NCBI RefSeq assembly: GCF_036321535.1
Contig: NC_087452.1
Coordinates: 5,580,001 to 5,644,000 of the forward strand
DNA length: 64,000 bases
Direction: 5' to 3'
Origin: Camelus dromedarius
Lineage: Eukaryota
Of this stretch, positions 35,601 through 47,829 are shown one piece after another (the first letter of the stretch is position 1; the number at the start of each line of letters is the position of its first letter). A program made the position numbers and the translations under genes. Under the pieces are notes generated by a model. That model saw nothing but the letters and a program-made list of their open reading frames with translations, was not told the origin of the DNA and searched no databases.

Positions 35601-36204
35601 AGAGTCTGACCCTGAAGCCATGACATGCTCCTGTGGATTCTGGGTGCCCGGAGACCCACAGGGAGGTACTTGGGGGGCAAGGGCCCTTCTGGGTGACCAG
35701 ACAGCTGGACATGGGGTCAAGTGCAAAAGGTAGTCATGGGCTCCTCTCCCTTGGCGAGGACAGGCTCTCCCCCAGAGGCAGGGAGTGACCCAAGTCGCCT
35801 GTGCTAGGCTCTTTCAGCCCCCGAAGCCCACAGCTGGAGGCTCCCAAAGGGATGTGTGCTTTATATTTTTTATGTCACTGAGACTCCCAAACACACGTTT
35901 CGTCAGGGCCTCAGAGAGAACGTTCTGGGGCTCTTTTGGCATTAGGAAGACTGTTCAGGTGGTTGCAGTTGGGTACTGGCTTGGTGCGCCTGTAAGAGGC
36001 CATGGAAGGTGCACTTCTGGAGAGGAGGAGTGGCTTGGGCCACCCCTGGTGACATCTCCCAGGCTGAGTTGGTTGGGGCCCCAGAGGGGTCACCTTGGGA
36101 TATGACGCTATAGCAGATACTGAAACCATGGAAACCAGGGTCTCACCATGCAGCCACCAATGCCAGCTAAGAGGGAGTTGGCTGTCAGTAAGTCACATGG
36201 CCTC

Positions 36205-36620
36205 AGTTGCCTTGTGCATCAAGAAGGAGCATTTTGCCTGTAGGTAACAGAATATATAACTAGAAGTACTAAAGTCGTAAGTCCCTGAAAGTGGAATGTC
36301 TCTAGGCTGAGTCAGTAAGGAGCCAAGTGCTATCCCGTTGTGTCAGCCTCGTGGCTACAGAATGGCTGCCACTTCTTCAAGCCTCACCTCCTCACAGGGA
36401 AGCATCCAAAGATAGGAAGAAAGGGGGCAGGGAAGAAGGGTTCTCCTTGTGTTTCTCTCTTTCACCTGAGTCAGAGGGCACCTTTAATTAGGAGGGAGTC
36501 TAAAAGAGTGGGTGCCAGGCATTCCTTCCTCTGCCAGGTCTTGGCAGCATGGGGGAGGAGGAGAAAGTCTATTGCATGGGCAACTGAGGCTGCCCTGCCC
36601 CATCTGTAGGATGGAGGCTG
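36205..36620 (-). mobile_element. MaLR LTR (MLT1J/L-like)
   Basis: ttgcctgtaggtaacagaa, agaatggctgccacttcttcaagcctcacctcctcac, aggaagaaaggggcaggg. Confidence 0.6.
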
Positions 36621-37069
36621 GACTGAGGCTCCTGACAGATGCTCAGGAATATACAGTTGTCTAAGCTTTGCTGCTCAGGGGTATCATTTCAGAAAGTGCT
36701 GGAATATTAAAGGTCAACGTAGTCCACATCCCTTGGCAGGTTTCCAGTTTTCCTTGCCCACCTGGTGGCCCCTGTGAAGGACCAGTGCTTCAATATTGTG
36801 CCCTGTCTTCATTAAAACTCTCATCTCCCTATCTTACCATCAGGGGAGAAGCCGTTTGATTTGAACAGATTCATGCTAAAGTGTTAGTGACTGATAGGCC
36901 TTAGTCTTGGTCCACGTACATTAACAAATGAGAGCTTGTTAACCTCAAAGAATGAATCCTCTGGGCAAGAAAAAGATGTTGTTTCTGGGAAGGGGTGGGA
37001 AAACTACCAAGGAGGAAATCATATCCTCTGTGATTCTATCACTGGGTGGAAAAAACTTTTAGAAAGTGA

Positions 37070-37270
37070 GGATAGGGTAGGAGAAATAGCATTTACGAAG
37101 CACATGATTGTGTTAAGTTGTTTACGTCTCACAATTACCCTATAAGATAATGATTAAGATTCCCACTTTATAGAGGTGGCTAGAGAAGATCAGAGAGGTT
37201 AAGTCATTCATCCAAGATCACACAGCCAGGAAGTGGCAGAGTAAGGATCCAACCCCAGATCCATACTGCT
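37070..37270 (-). mobile_element. MIR SINE
   Basis: cccactttatagagg...agagaggttaagtcattcatccaagatcacacagccaggaagtggcagag. Confidence 0.8.
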
Positions 37271-37769
37271 CGGGGCCACTGGTCCCACCCAGCCTCTGCT
37301 CTCCTTGTCTTTTATCATCTTCATTTCGAGGGAGCCCTGACTCACCCACAGTCTCCACAGTCTCCGAGGGCCCAGTCAGAAGTCACACAAAGATGTTGTT
37401 CCCTGCATTTGAATACCCAGGCCTCAAGGCAGTGCTGTGCCCTCCAGCCAGTCAGCGCTGGGGCAGGAACAGCAGGGGAGGGAGTCGGGGGAGTGGAAGT
37501 GAGCAGCTGGTCCACTGGGCTGTCACAGCACAGGCACTTAGTGACACTGAGTGGGGACCAAGCCAGGACCTCAGTGTCCAAGCCTTTGCAGGGCCTTCTC
37601 ACTCGAGCCACCTGCAGGGGACCTGGCAGAGCTGACACATCCTCTTCAGAGGTGAAAAGAGAGGCCCAGGAGAAAGGCAGGGGCCCATCCATGCCTCGTG
37701 TCCCTACATGGCAGGGCCAGAGCTCCAGGCCAGGCCCCCCACCCCGTTCAGGGCACGTTCCACAGTCAG

Positions 37770-38345
37770 CTCTGTCTCAGAGTGTTTCATCAGAAATTGA
37801 TGATGCACATGCTCTGTGTCGGGCCCTGGAGTAACAAGGCTGAATGAGGCAAGGTCCCTGTTCCCACTCAGCCTCAGCAATGACAGCTAATGTGAAGGGG
37901 CACTCTTGTGCTTACAGGACCCACAGAGGGTATTGACCCGTGGGTTGCAAACTCACATGTCCCCAGGGCCAGACTGATGCCAGGCTGCATGAAGGCAGTG
38001 AGGGTCTGGGGGAGGTAAGCAGTGAAGAGTGGTGGGAACTGCAGTGCCTCTGAGGAGACAGTCACCCTCAGTGCCATCCAGTGGGTCACCTGGTGGCTGG
38101 TGAGATCCAAAGAGCCAGATATTCCCATTTTAAAGAAAATCCAGAAATCTGCACTTTTATATGTAAGTTTCCTAGTTTTTAGAACTCTCTCCATGCCAAC
38201 AACAAAAAATCACCTCTAGACTGGATACAGCGTTTGACCGCTGCCCACTGCTCATGAGGCACAGAGAAGGAAAGGACTTTCCTGAGGTGACACAGCAAGA
38301 TAGTGGCTGAGCCAGGCCTTGAACCCGAGTCTCCTGATTCAAGCA
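37770..38345 (-). mobile_element. L2 tail fragment and MIR fragment
   Basis: gctctgtgtcgggccctggagtaacaagg...gaggcaaggtccctg; gaaaggactttcctgaggtgacacagc...ccttgaacccgagtctcctgattc. Confidence 0.6.
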
Positions 38346-38799
38346 AAGTCCCTTCACAGTCCCTTCTCTCTTCTGGATGTGTGACAATGTTTTAGCTTTG
38401 GCACAAATGACTTAGGGTGGGAAATATAGCCCTCCTGAAACTTCCATAAGAAACACATTGGGAAATTGGCAGCAGGTCGTGTTAAATCTTCTGGCACCTT
38501 CCGAAGAGTGGTTTGCAATTTTAATCCTGAAGTTGTTCTGCTCCTTCCTGCTCAGAATGCAGGGGACGCAAGCCCTCCCCTTTAAGGAGGCAGGTCCCGT
38601 TTTTCATGGGGTGTGTGGAGCCTGGGGCTCTCCTCTGGGGGCAGGAGTGGGGTCTACTCCGCACAGTCTGTCCCACTGTGTCCACAGCAGCCCCTTGGCA
38701 AAGACCTTCTCTCCTGAAGCCTGGCCCTCCAGGAGCCCGCGTCAGTTAGCAGGAGCCTGGGCCCCACTGATTAGATGGGAGGCTGAGCGATGAACAGAA

Positions 38800-39665
38800 C
38801 AGGTCTTTTTGCTGGATTTGAATCCTGGTTCTGCCACTTGACTTATCAGTTGTGTGACCTCAGTCAAGTCACTTCACCTCTCTGAGCCTCAGGAGTCCTC
38901 ATCCATAAATGGGTTAATAAGATTTACATGCAGAGTTGTAGTATGACTCTGTTCCTACCATAGGTTCCTATAGGTAGGGAAGGATGGACCCTTGTCGCTT
39001 GGCTATTAATAGTCATGTTAATTACAACAAATAAACATGGACTTCAACTGAATTAGAACAGAAAATTCGGGGTAACAGCAGATTTGACAAATGTTTTCCC
39101 CTTCTTATTTATACCTCAGTTAATCTTAATTTCAATAAATATTTATCTAGCATTTACTATGCTAAGCACTTTACAAATACTGACTCATTTAATCCTTGCA
39201 ACCCCTCTCTGAGGCAGACAATACAGTAGAGGTTTCCAGATGAGGAAATGGAGACCCAGAGAGACTAAGTAACTTGCTCCAGGAGAGGCAGCGGGCGGGT
39301 GGCGGGCCTGGGCTGCAAAACCAATCCATGTGGCATAGGGTCTATGCACACAACCATGTACTCCCCTTTTTCTGCTTTGTTACTTCTGAAACACAATTTC
39401 CAATTTGGAATCGACCATCTCAGGGAAAGAAATGGTTCTTTCCATACCTGAGGAAGTGGTTGAAAGACTGTGCCTTGGGATATAAAAGACATAGGATCAA
39501 ATCCTCGCTCTGCCTCCTCCCTGGCAGGGTGACATTGGGCACGTGATCCCCCTCCACCCCCGAGCCTCGATTTCCCCAACTCTAAACTGGGCTAATATCA
39601 CCACTCACCTCTCAGGTGGAGGGAAGTAGAGTCAGCCATGGATGTGAAAGTACTTTATAAAGTCT
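38800..39665. mobile_element. Three MIR copies (+ about 38800-38945; - about 39130-39290; + about 39455-39665)
   Basis: ttgaatcctggttctgccact...ctctgagcctcag; cagatgaggaaatggagacccagagag; ccgagcctcgatttccccaactctaaactggg. Confidence 0.75.
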
Positions 39666-40423
39666 TAAATGCGGTATTTGGGGCTTGGGGGAGTTAAATC
39701 ATCAGGATTATAAAGCTGATTTTCACCAAAAAGTGTCCAGCCCTTAAGCATTGCCCTTCCTTGTCTGTGGGTATCTGATGAAACCAGCATGCAAAACACA
39801 GCACCTCCCCCTACCATGGCACGTGGTGATCCTGTCCTGGGGGCCGGTGTGACCCTCTGGCTTGTCCTCAGTCCTGCCTGGACTCTTTGCCCTAGGGTTC
39901 AGGTGTGTTTACAATCCAACACTGAGAGGCTCAGCCCTCCCTCAACGCACAGCATCCATATCCACGCAGGTCATAAGAGGATTTCTGCCTTTGCGTTGCT
40001 TGGCAATATTTTGTTTAAATGAATTTGTGCCAGGGATTAATATAGTCTGTGAGCTGAACTGCTTACTTGGCAGGAAGGGGGAAGTGAACTGGGTTTTAAG
40101 AAACCTGATGTGAAAACAGCTCTTAGGATGAGGGGGAGCAGATGAAGCTTAGGGCTGCAGAACTGGACTCCAGAGGAAGCATCCCTAGTTTCCATGCCTG
40201 CTAGGCCACTTCCCACCTGCAACCAGAGCACTCAGTCTCCTCTAAAAGGTAACTGTCACTGGGTGGTGAGGCTGCACGATGTCTGGCAGCTAGCACGTGC
40301 TCAGCAAATGAAGGGTCAGCCCCGTAAGAGCAGGCTCCACGCTCCCAGCGCCTGGAGGGCACACAGTGGATCCTCGTGCTTCACAGATTCCATGTTCCTT
40401 ATTAAATTTGCCTAGTAACTAAA

Positions 40424-41027
40424 CAGTACTTGTAACCCCCCAAATCAATACTCGTGGTGCTTTTGCCGTCATTTGCAGATATGAGTGGAGCAGCGAGAAT
40501 TCTGAGTCACCCAATGTGCAAGTTCCTAGCTGAGGCTGAACGGGGGGGATGTGGTTCCACCTTCTTATTTCAGCTCTCTTGGGTCGACAAGTGTGCTTCC
40601 TTACGGTCTCCTGGGTGCCACGTGTTAAACTTTTTTGGGCTTTTTGTTGGTGATTTTGCTGTTTTAAATGACCCCCAAGTGCAGTCCTGAAATGCTGTCT
40701 AGGGTTCCCAAGCTGAGAAAGCTGTGTGATGTGTCTTACGGAGAAAACAGCCACGTCAGGTGAGCTTCATTCAGGCGTGCGTTACAGTGCCATGGGCCGT
40801 GAGTTCAGTGTTAATGAGTTAACAGTAGGTACCAAATAAGGTGTCTTCATACAGAAACATACATAAAACAAGGTTATGTATTGATCAGTTGATGAAAATG
40901 TTGTCAGTTGAGGCTCACAGGAGCCTAACCGTGTATTTCCTCTCGGAGCCGCAGTTCAGTTTTCACTAACTCAGCATGGGCGGATATTTTACAGAACGTA
41001 ACTACTGCTACTAACAAGAATCAACTA
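40424..41027 (+). mobile_element. MER6A-like TcMar-Tigger element carrying a decayed transposase N-terminus
   Basis: About 600 bp; aaatgacccccaagtgcagtcctgaaatgctgtctagggttcccaag...ggccgtgagttcagtgttaatgag (Tigger HTH start, disrupted); terminal aacgtaactactgctactaacaagaatcaact. Confidence 0.75.
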
Positions 41028-41489
41028 CATAGCAGTCGCTGTTATCATCATTACGGCTTTTGCTCTTCAAGTGGGAGTCAGGAAAGAGGCTGGGTTTCGA
41101 GTTCTCCCAACTTGATAGCGACTGTGGGGATCAAATACGATAAAGGCTGTGAAAGGTGGTTGTAAACTGTAACGTCTGTGGCTAGGCATTGTAAATGGCA
41201 TCACCTTAACTATCACATAGAAATCCTGCTCCAGGGAAGTCATCCTGCACTGAGGGCTCTGGCGAGGGCCTGCCTTGGTCCATGGGGCTGAGATTGAGCT
41301 TTAGGGCCTTAAGAGACCACACTGACACGGGACAGGCAGAGTCCTACTGGACCTCACAGGTGTCACTTCCCTGCATATTAGTCCTTTGCCAGAGGACTGT
41401 TCCTGGCTGATGCCCATTCTGCGAACACCTTGCCTGGGCAGAAGCATAGCTCTTGCCTGGACAGTGGCATGGCTGCCTCACTGCTCTCA

Positions 41490-42130
41490 GCCTCCCTTCT
41501 AGGGTCCCCTACCTCCTTTCTCCACATCACAGTGACTGGACTCCTCACCCTCCCGCTTTATGCCCTTTAATGGCTTCCCATTTTTCCCAGGAAAAACCCC
41601 AAAGCCCTGCCCATGACCCATGAGTCTCTGGGTGGGCAGGCCCCTGCCCACATCCTCGGCTTCATTTGATACCACATTGCCCTTCGCTTTCTGCTCCATC
41701 CACACTGGCTTCCTCCAGGTTCCTTGAATACAACATGCTGTGCCCCTCCTGCCACAGGGCCTTTGCACTTGCTAAACTTCTCTCCCTATCCTCATTACCC
41801 ACTCCCCTACCTCCAATACCTTTACATGCTCACAGCCTGTACATCCTTTGGGTCTCAGCTCAAGTTCCTTCCCTGAGTGGGGACAGAGGGGGCCCTGTGA
41901 CATAGCCCCCCCTCCACCCCACTTTCCCCTTTATAGAACCTGTCTCAGTGACATTTTACATTCATTGGAGTGACCATTTGGTAAATGATCGTCTCCCCCA
42001 TCCCCTCCCCCAGACTTCAGACTCCATGAGATCAGACACCAGGGCTACCTTAGCTCACCACTGAGTGTCCAGAGCACAGAAGAGGGTCTGACACATCTGG
42101 ATGCCCAATAAACACTTAGTACATGAGCGG
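41490..42130 (+). mobile_element. L2 (L2a-like) 3' end
   Basis: ggcttcctccaggttccttgaatacaac, cagggcctttgcacttgct, gtctcagctcaagttccttccctgag, atgcccaataaacacttag. Confidence 0.85.
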
Positions 42131-42189
42131 ACATCCATCCTCATGCTGCCCACTGGGGAAGGTCCTGCTGGACACGACTCAAGCTCTCC

Positions 42190-42420
42190 CCTGCAGTTCT
42201 GGAAGGATGACGAGCTAACATGTGGAGCACAGCCATGTACAGGGACTATCTTCTTTGGTTCTCACTACCATCCAGTGAAGTGGAAAGCTAATAGGTACCT
42301 GTATCGGAAGAAAATGATGACGAGGCTCAGGGAGACAGGGAGAACTGGCCCAGGCACACAGCTAAGAAGGGGTAAGGGCAGGATTTGCACCCAGGCCTGG
42401 CTGACTCAGGAGCCTGTGCT
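42190..42420 (-). mobile_element. MIR SINE
   Basis: gaggctcagggagacaggg...cccaggcacacagctaagaagggg...ggatttgcacccagg. Confidence 0.7.
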
Positions 42421-42594
42421 CTGAGCCTCTCCCTCCCGCCCCTCCTTGTCTTCCCACCTGTGGTTTGTCCATACCCTGAGTATGACAGTTTTATATGTGA
42501 AGGGCTGCATCACTTAGGGGATCGAGGACTTGACCTCATGTCACTAGCCTTTCTGATGTTTTCTTCTTTTATTCCCTGGTTCCAAAGGCAGAGC

Positions 42595-42813
42595 ATGATG
42601 GAGCCTGTTGCTGGTCTGTCCTTGGGGCTGCTTGCTGGGCTGGCTGCCCTCAGCACATTTGCAGAAAGGTGCTCACCTCTTAGAGAAGCCGAGTCTGATG
42701 GACGGAGTCAGCACCTGCTGGCAGCACTGGACATGCTTGTGCAGGCTTTGGCCTCTGATAAGCCTTGTGGGGACGGGCAGTCACAGGATGCTGAGATAGC
42801 GAGGCTTATTTGA
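42595..42813 (+). CDS. Hypothetical 72-aa small ORF with signal-peptide-like N-terminus
   Basis: MMEPVAGLSLGLLAGLAALSTFA-ERCSPLREAESDG...; second ATG in A-3/G+4 context; 7 nt downstream of the acceptor ttttcttcttttattccctggttccaaag|G (42588); no homolog recognised. Confidence 0.15.
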   Translation: MMEPVAGLSLGLLAGLAALSTFAERCSPLREAESDGRSQHLLAALDMLVQALASDKPCGDGQSQDAEIARLI

Positions 42814-43149
42814 CTCACTGCCCTCCCCCAGACTTATTTTACACATGAGGAAAGTGAGGCCCAGGAAAAGAAGGGAACTTATCTAAGATCATAGAGTAAG
42901 TTTCAAAAACAAAATGAGAAGCTGGGGCTATGGGCACCCTGAGCGGTGTCATTCATGTTTGCCTCAAGGTCTCACTGGTAAAATGAGGACAGAGGAAAGT
43001 TCTTTGCCTCTACCAGTCTATCATGGTACCTGAAACTTAACCATTAATTCTTTTGCTAGAGAGATTTCTGCTAATTCTCTGACAGAGTGAAAATACCCTT
43101 GGATGGGTGAAGTGGGGAGGGACAGCCTAAGTCATCAATCAAAAAGGTT

Positions 43150-43300
43150 ATCTATGTCTCCATCCATCCCCTTCTCTCTCCATCTACACCTTCATCTATC
43201 CACTTATCTGTCTCTCCAGCTATCCATCCACCAACCCATCCATCCATCTACCCAACCACCCACCCACTCACCCCTCCACCCATCTGTCCACCCATCCATC
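43150..43300. repeat. (CCAT/CCAC)n degenerate microsatellite at an L2 tail
   Basis: ccatccatcccc...atccatccaccaacccatccatccatctacccaaccacccacccac. Confidence 0.85.
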
Positions 43301-43514
43301 CCTTTTACCAGATTCTCACTGAACACCAGTTCTGTGACTAGCTCAGAGGGATAGAGGGATGAATATGGCTCAGGTCCAGCCTCTGCAGAGCTCCCAGCAC
43401 CCCGGAGGCAGCAGGTCTATGAGGCCATATTTCCCCTGCACGATGAGGCCCACACTAAGGGAGATGTTCCTGCTTGGCTTCACAAGGAAGAGATGGCCAA
43501 ACAGAAAGACCCCG

Positions 43515-43625
43515 ACCCTGAGTTCATCTCAGCCCTTGCTACTGACTGGCTGTGTGTGCTTGGGGAAGCCATGCCCCTCTGGGCTCAGTGTGCTCATCTG
43601 CGATATGGGTAGGTTGGACTAGATG
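43515..43625 (+). mobile_element. MIR fragment
   Basis: ctctgggctcagtgtgctcatctgcgatatggg...ttggactagatg. Confidence 0.65.
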
Positions 43626-43659
43626 AGTTTCCCAGACTCCAGTCATTCCCATATGTCCT

Positions 43660-43960
43660 CCTCACCTATAGACAAGATCACCTGTACTAAAAAGTACTTC
43701 TGGTCTTTCTTCAAATAAGTTGACTTTTCTTTTTAACCAAAATATGTTTTGGAATCAAACCTCATTGCTACCATAAATGGAAAAAAATGGTAACAGCTGT
43801 CATAAATAGAAAGTAACCATAAAAATACTTTAAAAAAAAGGCAAACTGCTAGCGGTGTTAAATTCGAGGTAGATGTCCCTTTCCACCAGTGGCAGCCTGC
43901 TCTCCTGGTTAAGGCAGAACTTAGTGAGGGGTTGAGGAGGAGTTAAGAGGTGAGATAGGA
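43660..43960. mobile_element. AT-rich hAT-Charlie-like fragment
   Basis: aaatggaaaa...gtcataaatagaaagtaaccataaaaat...gttaaattc; a similar copy lies at 63720-63895. Confidence 0.45.
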
Positions 43961-45432
43961 CTACACGGAGACTCTCCCCTCAGAGTGGGTTCCCTGCGCT
44001 GCGTCTGGATATCATGAGGTGGTGGCAGGGGAGGGGTCACCCCCGGAGGGTCCCCTGAGTGTGAGCCCAGAAGCTCTGCCCTGGAGGGAGCACCAGGCTG
44101 GGCGCTGTCCTGGCCCCTCTCTCCTGCACCCTCTGCATGTGCCCGGGCCTAGCCCCTGCCGAGAACTCACACCTCCCCTGCAAGCCTCCCAGAAGCCAAG
44201 GGTCAGGAAGGCGTGAGCCGGATTCTGTAACTCGAACCGGGTGGTATCTGCTTCAAATCCTGGTGGAGGAGAGAAACTAATATGGAAATCTGAAGCCATC
44301 CCATCCGGGAGCTCGGTGGCATCGGGTGCTGCCCGGAGAGGACCCAGACCTGTTCTAATGTTACCTTCAGCCACAAGACTCCTCCTCCCTGCCTCCACCC
44401 CCACCTCCAACCCTTGACCCAGGGTCCCCAAAGCCCACGACTATGCAGGGCCCCTAGGACATGGCCTTCCTGAATCTCTCTGTGGCGTGATCAGTTATGA
44501 TCAGAAAAAGGTCTCTTAGATTTTCCGAGGCTTGAAGTGGCCTCACTCTTCTCACCCCTGGCAGGCAAGGGCCTGCTGGAGCAGGGAGACCGAGTGTGGG
44601 GTGTGCTGGGCCCTGATGGCTCCCCGCGTGACCTCGCCCCTGATGTTCTGGGGCTGCAGCAACTGACTTCAAGGGTATTATTTACTTGAAAAAATGTTCC
44701 ATTTTGGATTCAGATTTCAGAAAGATATTTGAAATGCTGAACTTGCTGCCAGCTTTGTGGAAGACACAGAAAAGCCCACTTTCTCACCTGGCCTTGGCTC
44801 CAGCCTGGGGCTTTTGGGGAAGGGCTGATCTTGGTACCACCCAGCCCCCACCCCCAGATCTGAATTGCCAAACCAGAAAAGCCCAGAAGGGGAAAAAATG
44901 TTAAAAACATAGCGTTGGGCTTTGCCTTAGAAAGTGATTTTTCTCTCTAGTTAATAGTTGTAGTCTTTTGTACAGGTTTTGAAATTCATTCATTCATTCC
45001 ACCAGGCTGGTGTTTGACTGACAGGCACCTGTAGGTTATTTACAGCTGACATCCCTCTTGGCACATGCCCCTTGTGAAATATTTTACACATCTCCCCCAT
45101 ATTCGCACGTGTTTACTGAGCACATACTGTGTGTTTCAGACACTGAGCTTGTCAAGCCCAGGGACATACCAGTGTCCAGACACTGTCCCTCCCTCAGGAG
45201 CTTGTGGTCCACTGCAGGAGGAGACACACCCACGATCACAGGGCAGGGACTGCTGTGACGCAGAGCCAGACACGGCGCCTGCCGTGGGAGCTGGAGGAGG
45301 GCACACTCACATCTCTGCCAGAAATGCAGCAGAGACATTTTGGGAAAATTACCCAGAGGGTGAAATTCCACACCTCAGACTCTTACTGAATCCCCTTGTT
45401 GACAGAGCAGAAAGGTTCCTGAGAGATCTTTG

Positions 45433-45715
45433 AGGCCAGCGTTCTCAAGGTGGGTTCTGAGGAATGCTAGTTTTGTGGGCATTCATAGACATTACTCCAA
45501 AAAAGCTTCAAAAGTCAAGTTAGTTTGGGAAATACTGGGTCAAGCAGAATTAAGCGGGTTCCTGTGTTACAGCACTTCGGAGCCTGATGTGTTGATTGCC
45601 CTGTGAAATCTGCGGGACCAGCAGCGGCTACAGCATGAAACGTGGTGCACTGTTATGGGGGGGGAGCCTCTCAAAAGGCTGGTGCCCCACGAGCTTACTC
45701 TGGGGAGTATAATCC
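45433..45715. mobile_element. hAT-Charlie-like MITE
   Basis: Begins cagcgttctcaaggtggg; contains gtttgggaaatactggg. Confidence 0.5.
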
Positions 45716-45719
45716 AGTC

Positions 45720-45830
45720 CAGCCCGCTGGTTCACAGATAAGGAAACTGAGGCCCAGAGAGTGGCTGGCACTTGGCCAGCGTCTCACAGGGAGCAGGGGG
45801 CTGAGCTGAAACTAGAGCCCAGGGCTCCTC
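45720..45830 (-). mobile_element. MIR fragment
   Basis: acagataaggaaactgaggcccagagag. Confidence 0.75.
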
Positions 45831-46464
45831 CCCTGAAAGCGGGACGCTTAAGGTTTGTGGTTTGGGCCTTGGCTGTTAGTGGCATGTGAGGAGAATGGAA
45901 TCCATTCCGCTCCTGAAGAAATCCTGGGACGGTTCTTAGAGGAGGTAGGATGTGTGCTGGAAAGTCTGGGGCTCCTGGGAGCCAGTGATTCGTGACTTTA
46001 TTGGCTAAACAGTGGTATCACTGAGAGCCAGGTACACACTAGAACCTCATGGATGCCCAGCTTGCTGAGAGGGCACCTCAGGATGGGGACGTCCTCGCAC
46101 CTGAGGAGATTAGTCCCTGAACTCACAAAGGAGGGCAAGCACTTAGAGGTGAGGCTCCTCTTCTGGGGAGCCTTCCCTGATTGCTACCACTGAATCGAAG
46201 TGATCCCCCAGCCCTGAGTTCTCACTCCGGGTGTTCTGTAGTGTCATTTTACCCTTATTTCATCTTCCTTGTGAGTTTTGTTTTTAGCCAGTGTGGGATT
46301 TCCACTAGTTTACAAGCGATTTAAGAGCAGAGCTGGTGGCTTCTTCTTCCCTGTATGGTTAACGTTCTTGAAGACCTCACTGGGTGCCAGGCTCAGCCCT
46401 CCATGTTTTCCCTGCATCCTCTCATTTTACCTTCATCACTGCCCTCTCCAGGGGCTGTTTCTAT

Positions 46465-46570
46465 TCCCATTTTATTGAGTAGAAAACTGAGGCACAGGAG
46501 TTTAGAGGGACTTGCTTGAGAACAAGGGCCAGTAAATGATGAAGCAGAGATTTGAACCCAGGCCTTCATC
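46465..46570 (-). mobile_element. MIR fragment
   Basis: agaaaactgaggcacaggag...gcagagatttgaacccagg. Confidence 0.75.
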
Positions 46571-47454
46571 TCTTTTTACAGGGAGGCTTGTGAAATTGGA
46601 TGGAATTGAGTCGTGGATAATCCCACAAGCATCCTTTTCTCCTGGGGCAGGGACCTGAAGCCTGGGGGCTGGGTCCCCACTCAGCGACCGTGCTCCAAGC
46701 TCAGCCCCGTCTCAGCTCGCTCACTGTAAGGGGATCCAGGGTGCGAGGTGCTGTCACCTGCAATTTAGAAGGGCAAGAGTCACAGACTGACAGCTGGCTT
46801 GGCCTTCAGGCCCCCACAGCCCCCACCCTTGTGCCCGGACTTGCCCCAGGCCTTCTGGAGTCCTAGTCTCACTCACCCCCATGTCATTCCAGAGCTGTCC
46901 ATGCTGCGGGTCTGCCGGTTTCCCTGCCAATTACTCTTCATCCTAGCTTTTCAGCTTTATTTATGGACTGAGAAAGTTGGACCCAGGGTTCATAGCTGTT
47001 GTCAGTGTGGATAAAATGTTAACAGTGGTGACACCCAAGCATCACCCTCCCTGCAGTCCTGGCTGGGCCAGGGGCCGGGGTCTCCTTTCTTCCATAATTA
47101 AAAATTCACCAGTGAAGACAGATCGCTCCTCAGTCTTTCATCCCAGCAGTCCCCATCGGAGAAGACAGGGCACCGCTGATGAGGCTGGCCTGGCTGCCCC
47201 CGGCCTGGGCCTTTGCCACTGTGTGCATGAGCTCAGGGCCTTGGGTGGGGAGCAGGTGGGCCCAGCCGAGCCTGGGGAGACCCCTTGAACATCACCGAAG
47301 GGTACCAGGCGTCGCAGATTCTGCTTTCTGCCTCATATGGGCTGAGACATCAGGGAGAGACCCACAGAGGATCAGAAAATAAGTGTGCAGAACAAAACAG
47401 TCAGGAGGCAGCTAAATAGCCACGTAGCTAGTCCTATCCAGTTAAAACTATGGG

Positions 47455-47655
47455 ATTTACACACTTGAAAGTTGCTGAGAGCAGGTCTTCAATGTTCTCA
47501 CCACAAAAAAGAAGTGGTAATTATGCGACGTGATGCAGGTACTGCTAATGCTACAGTGGTAATCACTTTGCAATATGTAAATGTGTCAGATAACATACGC
47601 TGTAAACTTATGTAATGTTATATGTCAATTATATCTCAAAAAAGCTGGAAAAAGG
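47455..47655 (+). mobile_element. L1MA-like 3' terminal fragment
   Basis: ttgaaagttgctgagagcag...atgttctcaccacaaaaaag...ggtaatcactttgcaatatgtaaatgtgtc...aatgttatatgtcaattatatctca. Confidence 0.8.
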
Positions 47656-47829
47656 ATGTAGATCATCCATGTCCTAACAAGTAGAAACATTTCATTCAAA
47701 ACCACCCCAACAACAATAAAACACCCCACGGGATAGTATGTGTGAGGACCTCATCATGGAGCCAGCTTGGAGGAGGCGTCCTCGTCGGCAGTGCTAGTTA
47801 TTATTATTGCCGTCGAGGTTGTTGCCCCT

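Noticed and set aside
38800-39665. Closely spaced inverted MIR pairs as a dsRNA/editing substrate
   Set aside because: The MIR copies are too diverged from each other to form long duplexes
40660-40850. Tigger transposase N-terminus as a possible domesticated gene
   Set aside because: Frameshifted and stop-interrupted within about 35 codons; a non-autonomous MER6A-like MITE
44100-44110. GGCGCTGTCC RE1/NRSE half-site
   Set aside because: The other half (GTGGTGCTGAA) is absent; not a full REST site
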